DNA of 55,345 bases from Candidatus Methylomirabilota bacterium (GCA_016180655.1 JACPAT010000030.1:1-55345); one strand, 5' to 3'; shown: positions 18,971 through 28,212, numbered from the stretch's first letter. Program-made: numbers and translations. Notes: generated by a model not told the origin, from the sequence alone.

Positions 18971-19618
18971 TTATGGGTGATGCAGGCGCGCCTCCGCGCG
19001 CTTGGCGAGGAGCGAGAGGGGATAGCTGAGGCAGAAATAGATGGCCGCGGCCACCAGGTAGATCTCGAAGGAACGGAAGGTCCGCTCGATTGTCTCCTGG
19101 GCCGCGCGGGTGAGTTCGAAGACGCCGATGATGGCGGCCAGCGACGTGTCCTTGATCAGGATCGTGCAGAGGCCGACGAAGGGTGGGAGCATCCGGCGGA
19201 TGGCCTGGGGGAAGACGACATGGCGCATGGTCTGAAGGCCGCTGAGTCCGGTGGAGCGGGCCGCCTCCGTCTGGCCGCGGGGGATGGACTGGATCCCGCC
19301 CCGGACGACCTCGGCCGTGTTCGCCATCATCCAGAGCGACATGGCCAGGACGGCGGCGGGGTAGGTGGGGATCTTCACCCCGATGGCGGGCAGCCCGAAA
19401 AAGATGAAGAAGATCTGGAGCAGCAGGGGGACGGCGCGGATGAATTCCACGGCCCAGCGGACCCCGCTCTGGAGCGGGGCCCACGGGACGAAGCGCAGCA
19501 GGCCGGCGAGCAGCCCGGCGGCCGTGCCCAGGACGATCACGGCCGCCGAGATCTCCACCGTGCTCACGGTGCCCCGCAGCAGGTACGGCAGGTTCTCTGC
19601 GACGACAGACACGTTCAT
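18971..19618 (-). CDS. Polar amino acid ABC transporter permease (His/Glu/Gln/Arg/opine family)
   Basis: It contains the EAA-loop region VVRGGIQSIPRGQTEAARSTGLSGLQTMRHVVFPQA. The start is set at ATG 19618 (MNVSVV). Confidence 0.9.
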   Translation of the reverse strand: MNVSVVAENLPYLLRGTVSTVEISAAVIVLGTAAGLLAGLLRFVPWAPLQSGVRWAVEFIRAVPLLLQIFFIFFGLPAIGVKIPTYPAAVLAMSLWMMANTAEVVRGGIQSIPRGQTEAARSTGLSGLQTMRHVVFPQAIRRMLPPFVGLCTILIKDTSLAAIIGVFELTRAAQETIERTFRSFEIYLVAAAIYFCLSYPLSLLAKRAEARLHHP

Positions 19619-19638
19619 ATCAAACCCGGGACCTGGAA

Positions 19639-19756
19639 CCGCAAATGAACGCAAATGGACGCGAATGTCAAAGGGCCAAACCTCCGGAGAAAAACTTCGG
19701 GATGCGACCTACACTCATTGGCGTTCATTTGCGTGTATTTGCGGTTGCATTGGCGG
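19639..19756. repeat. Periodic-arm palindrome, ATGAACGC ~10-mer family, filling a permease-permease spacer
   Basis: The left arm is cgcaaatgaa cgcaaatgga cgcgaatg. The centre contains hairpin CCGGAG-aaaaa-CTTCGG. The right arm is cattggcgttcatttgcgtgtatttgcggttgcattggcg. It is homologous to the element at 37733-37880. Confidence 0.85.
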
Positions 19757-19758
19757 TT

Positions 19759-20418
19759 TCATCGGCCTTTGAGCAGGGCGCGCTGTTCGGTCACGTTCAG
19801 AATCTTGGTCAAGGTGAGGACCAGGATCACGTAGAGCACGGCGGCCGCGCCGTAGATCTCGAAGGACCGGAAGTTGTTGAAGGAGATGTCGTTGGCGACG
19901 AACATGAGCTCCACCATGCCGATGGTGGAGACCAGGGAGGAGTTCTTCACCAGCGAGACCAGGTTGTTGCCCAGCGCGGGGAAGGCAATCCGGAGGGCCT
20001 GAGGGATGCTGACGTGGATCGCCTCCTGGAAAGGGGACAGCCCGGTGGAGCGGGCCGCCTCGTGCTGGCCCTTGGGAACGGCCTCGAGTCCGGCCCGGAA
20101 GATCTCCGTGTTGTAGGCCGCGGTGTAGAGGGTCAGGGCCGAGAGGCCGGAGAGAAAGGGGGAGAGCCTCAATCCGATCTGTGGCAGGCCGAAGTAGACG
20201 ATGAAGATCTGGATGAGCAGGGGGGTATTGCGGAACACCTCGACGTAGGCGCGGACCACACCGCGGACGAAGCGGCCGGGGATCTGGGAGACCAGGGCCA
20301 CGGCCATGCCCAGGCCCAGCGCCAGGAGCATGGCCGTGGCCGAGATGACGATGGTCAGGCCGGCGCCCTGGAGCAGATAGGGGAGCCCCTGCCAGATGGC
20401 CAGCCAGGAGAACGACAT
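19759..20418 (-). CDS. Polar amino acid ABC transporter permease
   Basis: It contains the EAA loop EIFRAGLEAVPKGQHEAARSTGLSPFQ. The start is set at ATG 20418 (MSFSWL). Confidence 0.9.
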   Translation of the reverse strand: MSFSWLAIWQGLPYLLQGAGLTIVISATAMLLALGLGMAVALVSQIPGRFVRGVVRAYVEVFRNTPLLIQIFIVYFGLPQIGLRLSPFLSGLSALTLYTAAYNTEIFRAGLEAVPKGQHEAARSTGLSPFQEAIHVSIPQALRIAFPALGNNLVSLVKNSSLVSTIGMVELMFVANDISFNNFRSFEIYGAAAVLYVILVLTLTKILNVTEQRALLKGR

Positions 20419-20422
20419 CGAG

Positions 20423-20493
20423 GGCAACTTGGCAAGTTGGCAACTGGGCAATCAGGCTGTTCTTCCCGGCTGCCTAATCGCCCAATTGCCGAG
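20423..20493. repeat. Periodic-arm palindrome, TGGCAA family
   Basis: The left arm is ggcaact tggcaag ttggcaac tgggcaatc. A GC-rich centre follows, then the right arm aatcgcccaattgccgag. An imperfect GC-rich hairpin follows at about 20498-20537. Confidence 0.8.
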
Positions 20494-20537
20494 CCGCCGC
20501 GTCGGGGAGACGAGCCGGAGGCTCGCCCTCCCGACGT

Positions 20538-21242
20538 TCAGGGGGTCAGGTCGCCCTTGCGCACGGCGATGCCGTAGGGCCGGGGGATGAACGGCTTGCC
20601 GACCGCCTTCATGTCCGGATTCTCCTTGGCCAGGGTCAGGATCAGGATGTCGTCCTGGGTGAAGGCATCGGCGCGCCCGCCCTTGACCGCCAGGACGGCC
20701 TCGGAGACCTTGCCATACTTCACCCGATTGGCCTTGGGGGCAAGCTGCTCAATGTCCTTGTCCTGGATGGCCCCCTGGATGACCGACACTGTCTTGCCGG
20801 CAAGGTCCTCGACGCCCTTAATGGGGCTCGCCTTGGGGACGAGAAGCAAGGAGCCGGAGAGGAAGTAGGGGTCGGAGAACTCGACCACCTGCTTCCGTTC
20901 CTCGGTCACGGTGACCGTGGCGATGATGATGTCAATCTTCCCGCTCTGGAGGAACGGGATGCGGTTACCAGAGGTGACCGCCACCAGCTCCACCTTGTTC
21001 TCGTCATCGAAGAGCGCCTTGGCGAAGAGGTGGGCGACGTCCACGTCGAAGCCAAGGTTCTTGCCGGCGCTGTCCACGTAGCCGAAGGGCGGGAAGTCGG
21101 TCTTCACGCCAGCAATGAGCTTCCCTCGCTTCTTCACGTCGTCCAGGGTGCCGGCCGCCGCCTGGCCCGCCAGGGCCAGGGCCAGCCACCCCATCAAAAC
21201 GAACAGAGCTTTTCGTCGAATCGTGCCCCATTGGCTGCGCAT
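20538..21242 (-). CDS. Polar amino acid ABC transporter periplasmic binding protein (second copy)
   Basis: It has a signal peptide and a family-3 SBP sequence (LIAGVKTDFPPFGYVD...). The start is set at ATG 21242 with GAGGAGGGG upstream. The longer ORF start is translated repeat. Confidence 0.9.
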   Translation of the reverse strand: MRSQWGTIRRKALFVLMGWLALALAGQAAAGTLDDVKKRGKLIAGVKTDFPPFGYVDSAGKNLGFDVDVAHLFAKALFDDENKVELVAVTSGNRIPFLQSGKIDIIIATVTVTEERKQVVEFSDPYFLSGSLLLVPKASPIKGVEDLAGKTVSVIQGAIQDKDIEQLAPKANRVKYGKVSEAVLAVKGGRADAFTQDDILILTLAKENPDMKAVGKPFIPRPYGIAVRKGDLTP

Positions 21243-21257
21243 GGTCCCCTCCTCTCT

Positions 21258-21344
21258 TGATTGTCGATTTGCGATTGTCGATTGACGATTGGCCGGAACC
21301 CCGGCAAGAATCGGAAATCGTAAATCGGCAATCGTCAATTCAAG
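21258..21344. repeat. Periodic-arm palindrome, CGATTnn / nnAATCG family
   Basis: The left arm is tgattg tcgattt gcgattg tcgattg acgattgg. The centre is CCGGaaccCCGG. The right arm is caagaatcg gaaatcg taaatcg gcaatcg tcaattc. The right arm contains the stop codon of the upstream permease. Confidence 0.9.
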
Positions 21345-22074
21345 CGGGCGCCTCGGCGGTCGCTGCCCGCAGGGCCGCACGGCGGGTCGGCGCCCGCTCC
21401 GGCGACATCTTCACCTCCAGCCACTGGCTGAAGCGGGACATGCTGTACGTGAAGATCCAGTAGACCACGGCGATGAAGAGATACATCTCGAAGGGCCGGA
21501 TCTCGCGCTGGCTGACCGTCTGGGCCGCCTTGGTGAGATCCATCATCCCGATGATGGAGGCCAGGGACGTGTCTTTGAAGAGGACGATGAACTGCGTGAC
21601 CAGCGAGGGGATCATGTTCCGGATGGCCTGGGGCAGGATGACGTGGACCATCATCTGGCGGTAGGACAGCCCACCGGCCGTGGCCGCCTCGACCTGGCCG
21701 CGGGGGACGGATTGAATCCCAGCGCGGACGATCTCCCCAAGGTAGGCCGCCTCGAAGACCACGAAGGCGGTCAACGCCACGGTGTACTCCGGCAGTCGCT
21801 GGCCGGTCATCTGCGGGATGAGAAACCAGAACCAGAAGATCACCATTACCAGGGGAACGCCTCGGAAGAACTCCACGTAGAGCACCGCGGGGTAATGGAT
21901 CCAGGGGCGGTGGGCCAGGCGGCAGAGACCAACGATGACCCCCAGGATGAACCCCAGGACGAGAGCCGGAATCGCGAGGCGGAGCGTCCCCCCGCCAAAG
22001 GCCCCGAACCCCATAAGGCCCTGGAGAATCAGGAACTTCCAGTTGGCGATGATGATGCCCCAGTCGAAGCTCAA
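21340..22074 (-). CDS. Polar amino acid ABC transporter permease (GltK/AapM-like)
   Basis: The TTG start at 22074 overlaps the TGA of the upstream permease (TTGA), with GGGAGGG 7 nt upstream. The EAA loop is EIVRAGIQSVPRGQVEAATAGGLSYRQ. Confidence 0.88.
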   Translation of the reverse strand: MSFDWGIIIANWKFLILQGLMGFGAFGGGTLRLAIPALVLGFILGVIVGLCRLAHRPWIHYPAVLYVEFFRGVPLVMVIFWFWFLIPQMTGQRLPEYTVALTAFVVFEAAYLGEIVRAGIQSVPRGQVEAATAGGLSYRQMMVHVILPQAIRNMIPSLVTQFIVLFKDTSLASIIGMMDLTKAAQTVSQREIRPFEMYLFIAVVYWIFTYSMSRFSQWLEVKMSPERAPTRRAALRAATAEAPA

Positions 22075-22820
22075 TGCTCGGCCCTCCCGACGCGGGCGAT
22101 CAGGCCCGGGATGCGGAAGTAGCGCTCCACCTGGCCCATGACGGACGCGATACCGAGGCACATGACCAGGTAGATCAGGGTGCCTGCCGTGAGTGCTTCG
22201 AACGCCTTGGCCGTGTACGTCTCGATCTGCCGGCTCATGAAGGTGAGTTCGGCCACGCCGATCGTAAGGGCCAGCGAGGAGTTCTTGAGGAGGTTCAACG
22301 ACTCGTTGGTGGCGGGCGGAACGATCAGGCGCAGGGCAATGGGGATGATGATCAGCCGATAGGCCTGCCCGACCGAGAGGCCGGTGGCAACGGAGGCCTC
22401 CAACAGCGTCTTGGGAATGGATTGGATTCCGGCCCGGATCACCTCGGACATCCGGGCCCCGTGATAGACGCTAAGACCCACCACGGCCGACCAGAACTCC
22501 GGCCCATGGAGGTTCAGCCAGTCCTGGGCGGTGCGTGGCAAGAACTGGGGGGCGCCGAAGTACCAGAAGAACAGCCACACCAGCAGTGGAACGTTCCGGA
22601 AGAACTCCACGTAAAAGGTAACCAGGGTCCGCAAGGGCCAGAACGGCACGGTGCGAAGAGCGCCCGACAGGATTCCCAGCACCCAGGCGACGATCCAGGC
22701 CAGGGTGGAGAGCCGAAGCGTGGTCCAGATCCCCTGGAGGAGCCACCGCCCGTTTTCTCCCGTCCAGAGGACGCTCCACTGGAAATCGTACTGGATCCCC
22801 AGGAATCCGGTGAGAGGCAT
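22071..22820 (-). CDS. Polar amino acid ABC transporter permease (GltJ/AapQ-like)
   Basis: It contains the EAA loop EVIRAGIQSIPKTLLEASVATGLSVGQ and multiple TM helices. Confidence 0.9.
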   Translation of the reverse strand: MPLTGFLGIQYDFQWSVLWTGENGRWLLQGIWTTLRLSTLAWIVAWVLGILSGALRTVPFWPLRTLVTFYVEFFRNVPLLVWLFFWYFGAPQFLPRTAQDWLNLHGPEFWSAVVGLSVYHGARMSEVIRAGIQSIPKTLLEASVATGLSVGQAYRLIIIPIALRLIVPPATNESLNLLKNSSLALTIGVAELTFMSRQIETYTAKAFEALTAGTLIYLVMCLGIASVMGQVERYFRIPGLIARVGRAEH

Positions 22821-22888
22821 ACGCCGGGATCACGCGGACCCCGAGAAGGCACGCCGGCCTGCCCGGGGTCCGCGCCATGAGGTGCAGG

Positions 22889-23746
22889 TTACTTGGGGAC
22901 CACCTGGTACGTCAGGAACCTCTTGACGTCGTCGGTTAGGGGGTAGGGCAGCTCGCCCTTGGGGCCGAACCACTTGTCGTAGAGCTTGAAGTACTCGCCG
23001 CCCTCGATGGCCTCCATCAGGGCGTTGTTCACCACCGCCCGGAAGTCGGAGTCATTTTTCCGCATGGCCATCCCGTATGGCTCGTAGCTGTAGAAGTCGC
23101 CCACGATCTTCCACTCGGCCGGGTTGGGGGCCTTGGCTTTGATCCCGGCGAGCTGGATGCCGTCGTTGGTGTAGGTGTCAACCCGCCCCTGGACCAGGGC
23201 CGTGAAACCTGCCGGCTGGTCCGGGAAGACCACGAGTTGGGCTTGGGGGACCCGTTCGCGGATGATCCGCTCGTTGGTCGAGCCCTGCTGGGCCCCCACG
23301 CGCTTCCCCGCGGTGTCCTGGATGCCCTTGATCGGGCTGCCCTCCTTCACCAGGAACTGGGCCCCCGTTACGAAGAAGGTGATGCTGAAGTCCACGCTGT
23401 CCCGCCGCGGCCGGGTGTCAGTCATGGTACCGGAGATCAGGTCCACCGCCATGCTGCTGAGGAGCGGGATCCGGGTGGCCGGGGCGCTCTCTTTCAGCTC
23501 GAACTTGACAGACTTGCCCAGCTTCTTCTCGATGTTCTTGTGCACAAGCTTTGCCAGGTCAACGGAGAAGCCGACCCACTCATTCTGCTTGTTGATATAG
23601 GCGAAGGGAGGTGAGCCAGTCCGGGCTCCCACGGTGAAGACCCCGGTCCGGTTGATCTTCTCCAGCGTGCTCTCGGCCGCCCAGCCGGTCACCGCCAGGC
23701 CGAGGACGACCACGGCCAAAAGTAGAACCCTCATTGCTGATCGCAT
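22889..23746 (-). CDS. Polar amino acid ABC transporter periplasmic binding protein (first copy)
   Basis: It has a signal peptide (MRSAMRVLLLAVVVLGLAVTGWA). The sequence is family-3 SBP (FTVGARTGSPPFAYINKQNEWVGFSVDL). Confidence 0.9.
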   Translation of the reverse strand: MRSAMRVLLLAVVVLGLAVTGWAAESTLEKINRTGVFTVGARTGSPPFAYINKQNEWVGFSVDLAKLVHKNIEKKLGKSVKFELKESAPATRIPLLSSMAVDLISGTMTDTRPRRDSVDFSITFFVTGAQFLVKEGSPIKGIQDTAGKRVGAQQGSTNERIIRERVPQAQLVVFPDQPAGFTALVQGRVDTYTNDGIQLAGIKAKAPNPAEWKIVGDFYSYEPYGMAMRKNDSDFRAVVNNALMEAIEGGEYFKLYDKWFGPKGELPYPLTDDVKRFLTYQVVPK

Positions 23747-23768
23747 GTCCTTCCTCCTCTCCTTTCAT

Positions 23769-23854
23769 CATTTTCGATTGACGATTGTCGATTGACGATT
23801 GGGCAGGACGTTCCGAGACAATCGGCAATCGCAAATCGAAAATCGCCAATCAGG
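23769..23854. repeat. Periodic-arm palindrome, CGATTnn / nnAATCG family
   Basis: The left arm is cattttcgattgacgattgtcgattgacgattggg and the right arm is caatcggcaatcgcaaatcgaaaatcgccaatcagg. It fills the whole ATPase-SBP spacer. Confidence 0.9.
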
Positions 23855-23855
23855 G

Positions 23856-24593
23856 TTAGTGTACCAAGATCTTGCTCAGGAAGGTGCGCGTCCGTTCCTC
23901 CTTGGGGTTGGCAAAGAACGCGTGCGGCGCCCCCTCCTCCACGATCCGGCCCTCGTCCATGAAAATGATCCGGTGGGACACCTTCTTGGCGAAGCCCATC
24001 TCGTGGGTCACCACGATCATGGTCATCCCCTCCCTGGCCAGGTTGACCATGACGTCCAGGACCTCGTTGATCATTTCCGGGTCCAGGGCCGAGGTGGGCT
24101 CGTCAAACAACATGATCTTGGGCTGCATGGCCAGGGCCCGGGCGATGGCCACTCGCTGCTGCTGGCCGCCGGAAAGCTGGGCCGGATAGTCGTCGGCCTT
24201 CTCGGGAATGCCGACCTTGGCCAGCAGATCCCTGGCGAGTCGTTCCGCCTCCTCCCGGGATTGCTTGCGGACCTTGACGGGGGCCAGGGTGATGTTCTGG
24301 CGCGCGGTCATGTGGGGATAGAGGTTGAACTGCTGAAAGACCATCCCGACCTCGGCCCGCAGCTTGGTGATGTCGGTGGCAGGATCGTTGAGGGGCATGC
24401 CGTCCACCACGATCTCGCCTTTCTGGATCGGCTCCAGCTTGTTGATGCACCGGATCAAGGTGCTCTTGCCGGAGCCGCTGGGGCCGCAGACTACCACGAC
24501 CTCCCCGGCCGCTATGTGCAAGTCTATATCCTTGAGGACGTGGAGGGGGCCGAACCACTTGTTCACGCCGCGGAACTGGATCACGAGGTGCAC
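23856..24593 (-). CDS. Polar amino acid ABC transporter ATP-binding protein (GlnQ/AapP-like)
   Basis: It has Walker [10 protein letters not shown], signature [15 protein letters not shown] and Walker [13 protein letters not shown]. Confidence 0.95.
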   Translation of the reverse strand: MHLVIQFRGVNKWFGPLHVLKDIDLHIAAGEVVVVCGPSGSGKSTLIRCINKLEPIQKGEIVVDGMPLNDPATDITKLRAEVGMVFQQFNLYPHMTARQNITLAPVKVRKQSREEAERLARDLLAKVGIPEKADDYPAQLSGGQQQRVAIARALAMQPKIMLFDEPTSALDPEMINEVLDVMVNLAREGMTMIVVTHEMGFAKKVSHRIIFMDEGRIVEEGAPHAFFANPKEERTRTFLSKILVH

Positions 24594-24626
24594 TCCCGTT
24601 CAATGAAATTTTGCATTGGCGTTCCG

Positions 24627-25379
24627 TTAGCCGCGATCCTTGTAGCAGCGCTGGCTGGGAGTGGCGGGCGGACGGTCCTGGCCCAGGGCCCAGCGAACGG
24701 CGGCCTGGGCCAGGATCCACGTGGGGTCAATGACCGGGACGGGCAGGTCCCCGTCCTGGAGGATCAAGGGCACCTCGGTGCAGCCGGCCAGGATGGCGTC
24801 GGCCCCCTGCTCTCGCAGGTGCTCTGCCGCCCCGCGGATGAGGCGGCGCGCGCGCTCCAGGGGCTCCCCGTGCTTGACGGCATAGATCGCCTCCATGACG
24901 GCGGAAGCCTGCACCGCCGGGTCGGGTCTCAGGATCGCAATGCCCCGCGGCTCGAAGTAGTGTTCGAACAGGCGGCTCTGGAGCGTCCCGGTGGTCGCCA
25001 GGAGTCCCAGGCGCCGAAGGCCCGGATATTCGCCCATCACGGCCGTCGCCGTCTCGCCGATCAGGTGCAGGATGGGGACGCTGACGGCCCGCTGCAGGGC
25101 GTCATAATAATGATGGGCCGTGACGCACGGGATGGTGATGAGGTCTGCCCCACCCTGGATCAGGACCTCGGCGCCAGCCACCAGGATGGGCAGGGGATCG
25201 GGGCCCCCGCCCCGGATGGCGGCCGTGCGATCCGGCACCTGGGGATTGCTGAAGATCAGGACCTTGAGATGGTCCTGGTCCGCCTTGGCGGGCGTGGCGC
25301 GGATGATCTTCTGGTAGAAGTCGGCCGTCGCCGCCGGACCCATCCCGCCCAGGACACCGATCATCTTGGGATTCACCAT
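24627..25379 (-). CDS. Aspartate/glutamate racemase family protein (aspartate racemase-like)
   Basis: The N-terminus is IGVLGGMGPAAT. Two catalytic Cys motifs are present (IPCVTAH and AGCTEVP). Confidence 0.85.
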   Translation of the reverse strand: MVNPKMIGVLGGMGPAATADFYQKIIRATPAKADQDHLKVLIFSNPQVPDRTAAIRGGGPDPLPILVAGAEVLIQGGADLITIPCVTAHHYYDALQRAVSVPILHLIGETATAVMGEYPGLRRLGLLATTGTLQSRLFEHYFEPRGIAILRPDPAVQASAVMEAIYAVKHGEPLERARRLIRGAAEHLREQGADAILAGCTEVPLILQDGDLPVPVIDPTWILAQAAVRWALGQDRPPATPSQRCYKDRG

Positions 25380-25387
25380 GATTTAAC

Positions 25388-25416
25388 CTTCTATCACTGG
25401 CCCCCAGTGGTGTCAA
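25388..25416 (-). promoter_or_regulatory. sigma-70 promoter candidate for the racemase/ABC operon (near-leaderless)
   Basis: The minus strand reads TTGACA-N17-TAGAAG with TG one nt upstream of the -10. The -10 ends only 8 nt before the ATG at 25379. Confidence 0.35.
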
Positions 25417-25589
25417 GGTTTCCGATCCCTTCTTGGTTTAACTCCCCCGGGTCGGCTCGATGCCTCAACCGCATTGCAGGGGAGGGACGTTGGAGGGGAT
25501 CCTTTTCCCTGAAAATGGCTTGACACGAGATCGCAGCGAGGGCAGTCTGCGCAGGGAGTCTGAATCTCGCACCCGGAGGGAGGTCGCTC

Positions 25590-25829
25590 ATGGAGGTCCT
25601 GAAAGCAGATCTGGTTCTCGACTGCAAGGGCGTGCTGTGCCCGATGCCTGTCATTCGAGTCTCGCAGGCGATCAAAACGATCGGCGTGGGCCAGATCCTG
25701 GAAGTGCAGACGACCGATCCGGGATCCCGCCCGGACATGGAGGCCTGGAGCAAGCAGACGGGCCACGAACTGCTGGCCAGCCAGGAAGGAAACCGTGTTT
25801 TCACCTTCTACGTGCGCCGAACCAAATGA
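25590..25829 (+). CDS. tusA: TusA/SirA-family sulfurtransferase
   Basis: This 79-aa protein carries the LDCKGVLCPMPV CPxP active-site motif. GGAGGGAGG lies upstream. Confidence 0.9.
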   Translation: MEVLKADLVLDCKGVLCPMPVIRVSQAIKTIGVGQILEVQTTDPGSRPDMEAWSKQTGHELLASQEGNRVFTFYVRRTK

Positions 25830-25876
25830 CCAATGCCAATGAACCAATTGGTCATTGAGAATGGTCATTGGTCATT
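25824..25876. repeat. Periodic-arm palindrome, CAATGAC / GTCATTG family
   Basis: aaatgac caatgcc aatgaac caatt|aattg gtcattg agaatg gtcattg gtcatt is centred on ccaattgg. The tusA TGA stop lies inside the left arm. Confidence 0.9.
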
Positions 25877-25890
25877 CTGAGGAGGCAGTG

Positions 25891-26466
25891 ATGGACCCGC
25901 AACTCAAGGCGTACATCGACCGCAAAGTGGATGAGGAGGTGGCGCGCCGGTTCAGGGAGCTGGGGCAGGAGGCTGTGAAACCCAACCGGATGGCCCTGGT
26001 CGCCTCCAAGGGGACCCTGGACATGGCCTACCCGCCCCTGATCCTGGCGACGACGGCCGCCAGCCTGGGATGGGAGGTGGGGATCTTCTTCACGTTTTAC
26101 GGGCTGGACATCCTCCACAAGGACCGGATGGACAGTCTGAAGGTCGGTCCGGTGGGAAATCCGGCCATGCCGCCACCCATCCAGAGCCTCCCGTTCCTGA
26201 AGGTGCCAAACATTGTGGGGGCGCTGCCCGGCATGACCGCCATGGCCACGGCGATGATGAAGAGCTGGATCGCCCGCGCAAAGCTGCCCACGATCCCCGA
26301 GCTGATGGACATCGCCAGGGAATGTGACGTCTCGCTCTTCGCCTGAGCGACGACCATGGGGCTGATGGGCATCAGCCAGGCCGAATTGATTGACGGGGCG
26401 AAGTGCGCGGGCGCCGCGACCTTCCTGGACTACGCGGTGGGGGCCAAGGTCTCTTTGTTCATCTAG
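25891..26466 (+). CDS. DsrE/DsrF/DrsH-like family protein with in-frame TGA (probable selenocysteine) at 26344-26346
   Basis: The start is ATG 25891 (GAGGAGG 5 nt upstream). The ORF-track protein stops at TGA 26344, but the same frame continues as ATTMGLMGISQAELIDG..GAATFLDYA..VSLFI to TAG 26464-26466. The TGA occupies the position of the conserved Cys in the family motif xAC(Q)M(S/T)MDxxGI. Confidence 0.7.
26360..26377 (+). promoter_or_regulatory. Bacterial SECIS-like hairpin
   Basis: GGCUGAU-GGGC-AUCAGCC forms a 7-bp stem with a G-rich tetraloop. It starts 13 nt after the UGA. The geometry resembles the E. coli fdhF SECIS apical stem with its GGUC loop. Confidence 0.5.
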
Positions 26467-26856
26467 CGGCTGTCGCGGCGCTCGTTCTTTGCGCGCTTCG
26501 ATCCGCATCCCGTGCGGGGGTCCGTGTTTCGCCGTTGCCCTCCCTGGGATCGACCTCAACGGTCCTCACCCCTGCAGCCGCCTCCCCGAGCGCATTGCCG
26601 TCCGAACCGCGCCTGACTCCCAGCGAGCCGGGCCTCCTCTCGCGCGCCAAGCTGCCCAGAGCGGCCTGGACGCTCTCCCCCGCGCCGGAGATGTGCCTCG
26701 GCTGGATCATGCTTCCCTCCCAGCAAACCAAGATTAAAATGGTAGGCTTTCAGCACATCCTGTATTATACGGGCGCTTCATGGTCGCCGACAGGGAGAGC
26801 GGCGCGCGTGCTGGCCTGGGCCGCCCGGGTGCGGCCCCTCAGGGGGAGGGAGGATC

Positions 26857-27984
26857 ATGAAACGCGTCATCTGGATCCCGGGGCTGGCGGTGGTGGTGGC
26901 AGCAATGGCGGCGGCATGTGCCGGCATGAGCGGATTCGGCGATGTGCCGACCACCTATGAGGTCTGGATCCCCGAACAGGGATACGACAAAATCATCATT
27001 TACACCGCCACGGAGGGAGACGGTGAGGTGACGATCGCCAAGTCGGGCGAGATCGCCCTGGCGCCGCCCGGACCGCAGCCCACGGTGGCCCCCCACATCC
27101 TGCTGTTCGGCCCGGGCTATAAGCGGGCCTACGTGGCGGGGGTGCGGGCCGGCGGCATGTTCGTGGTGGACGCAGAGCGGCGATCGGTGATCACCCGGAT
27201 CCCCACTGGCCGCACGGCCCACGCCGCCACCCCCTCGTGGGATGGCTCCCGCGTCTGGGTGGCCAACGTGGGGGACAACAACATCGTCGAGGTCCTGGCG
27301 CAGGGGGACACCTATACCAAGGGCCGGACCATCTCCACGGACCCGCGCCCCTCGTGCGCCTTCTGGTCCCGGGACGACAGCGCCTTCTGGGTGGTCACCG
27401 GCGGCCCCGGGAACGCGCCCCCGGACCAGGCCGGCACCATCACCGTGGTGGACGCCAAGGCGGGCCGGGTGAGCAAGGTCATCCAGCCCATCGGTCGGGA
27501 CGGGTGCGCGGTGGTGCCCAGCCACGACGAGAGGTGGCTCTACGGCAGCTCGCCCTCGCAGTTCACGGTGGCCGACGCGAAGACGGGCGAGATCGTCAAG
27601 CGGATCCGGCCCAGCGGTAAGGACGCTCACGGCTTCATGCCGACGCCCGACGGGAAGCACATCCTCCTCGCCGTGCGGCAGGCGGACGCGGTGGACGTGC
27701 TGGATGCCCGGACGCTCGAGCGGCTGAGCACGATCCCGGTGGGGAGCCGGCCGGATCTCTTCGACTTCAGCCCCAGCGGGCGCTATGCGTTCATCAGCCT
27801 GCGGGGCAAGGCGATCACCGGCGATCCGCACGCCCTGACGGGGCAAGAGAGTGGATTCGCCGTGCTGGACACGCGGACCTGGCGGGTGGTGGCCAAGGTG
27901 CGCGCCGAGGGCGAGAACTCGGACATTCACGGCATCGCGACCCGGCCCAGCGGCTTCTGGGACTGGTATCGGGCACGCCGCTAG
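26857..27984 (+). CDS. Secreted lipoprotein, beta-propeller (YVTN/YncE-like repeat) fold
   Basis: It has a signal peptide with a lipobox-like AAACAG. Repeated ~40-aa blades are visible (..AHAATPSWDGSRVWVANVGDNNIVEV.., ..GFMPTPDGKHILLAVRQADAVDVLD..). GGGAGGGAGG lies upstream. Confidence 0.75.
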   Translation: MKRVIWIPGLAVVVAAMAAACAGMSGFGDVPTTYEVWIPEQGYDKIIIYTATEGDGEVTIAKSGEIALAPPGPQPTVAPHILLFGPGYKRAYVAGVRAGGMFVVDAERRSVITRIPTGRTAHAATPSWDGSRVWVANVGDNNIVEVLAQGDTYTKGRTISTDPRPSCAFWSRDDSAFWVVTGGPGNAPPDQAGTITVVDAKAGRVSKVIQPIGRDGCAVVPSHDERWLYGSSPSQFTVADAKTGEIVKRIRPSGKDAHGFMPTPDGKHILLAVRQADAVDVLDARTLERLSTIPVGSRPDLFDFSPSGRYAFISLRGKAITGDPHALTGQESGFAVLDTRTWRVVAKVRAEGENSDIHGIATRPSGFWDWYRARR

Positions 27985-28212
27985 GAGACCGGGGGGACCC
28001 AAGGCCCCTCAGGGGCGCCCCCGGATTCCCCTCGGGGCAGAAGCAAGAGAGCCGACCGCCTCCCCGTTCCGATTCCGTGGTTCTCGCGAACCCGCACTTG
28101 ACCTGATCTCGCGTTCCGAGATATGAGTGGCAGGGCCTCGCCTGCACGCGGGGCACCTGCCTGTGCCATCTGACGGGATAGGCTGGCTCGGGAGACGGTC
28201 GGGGGACGCGGG

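Noticed and set aside
25520-25525. A TTGACA box upstream of tusA as a promoter.
   Set aside because: No acceptable -10 hexamer lies 16-18 nt downstream (CAGTCT/AGTCTG), so it is not reported as a feature.
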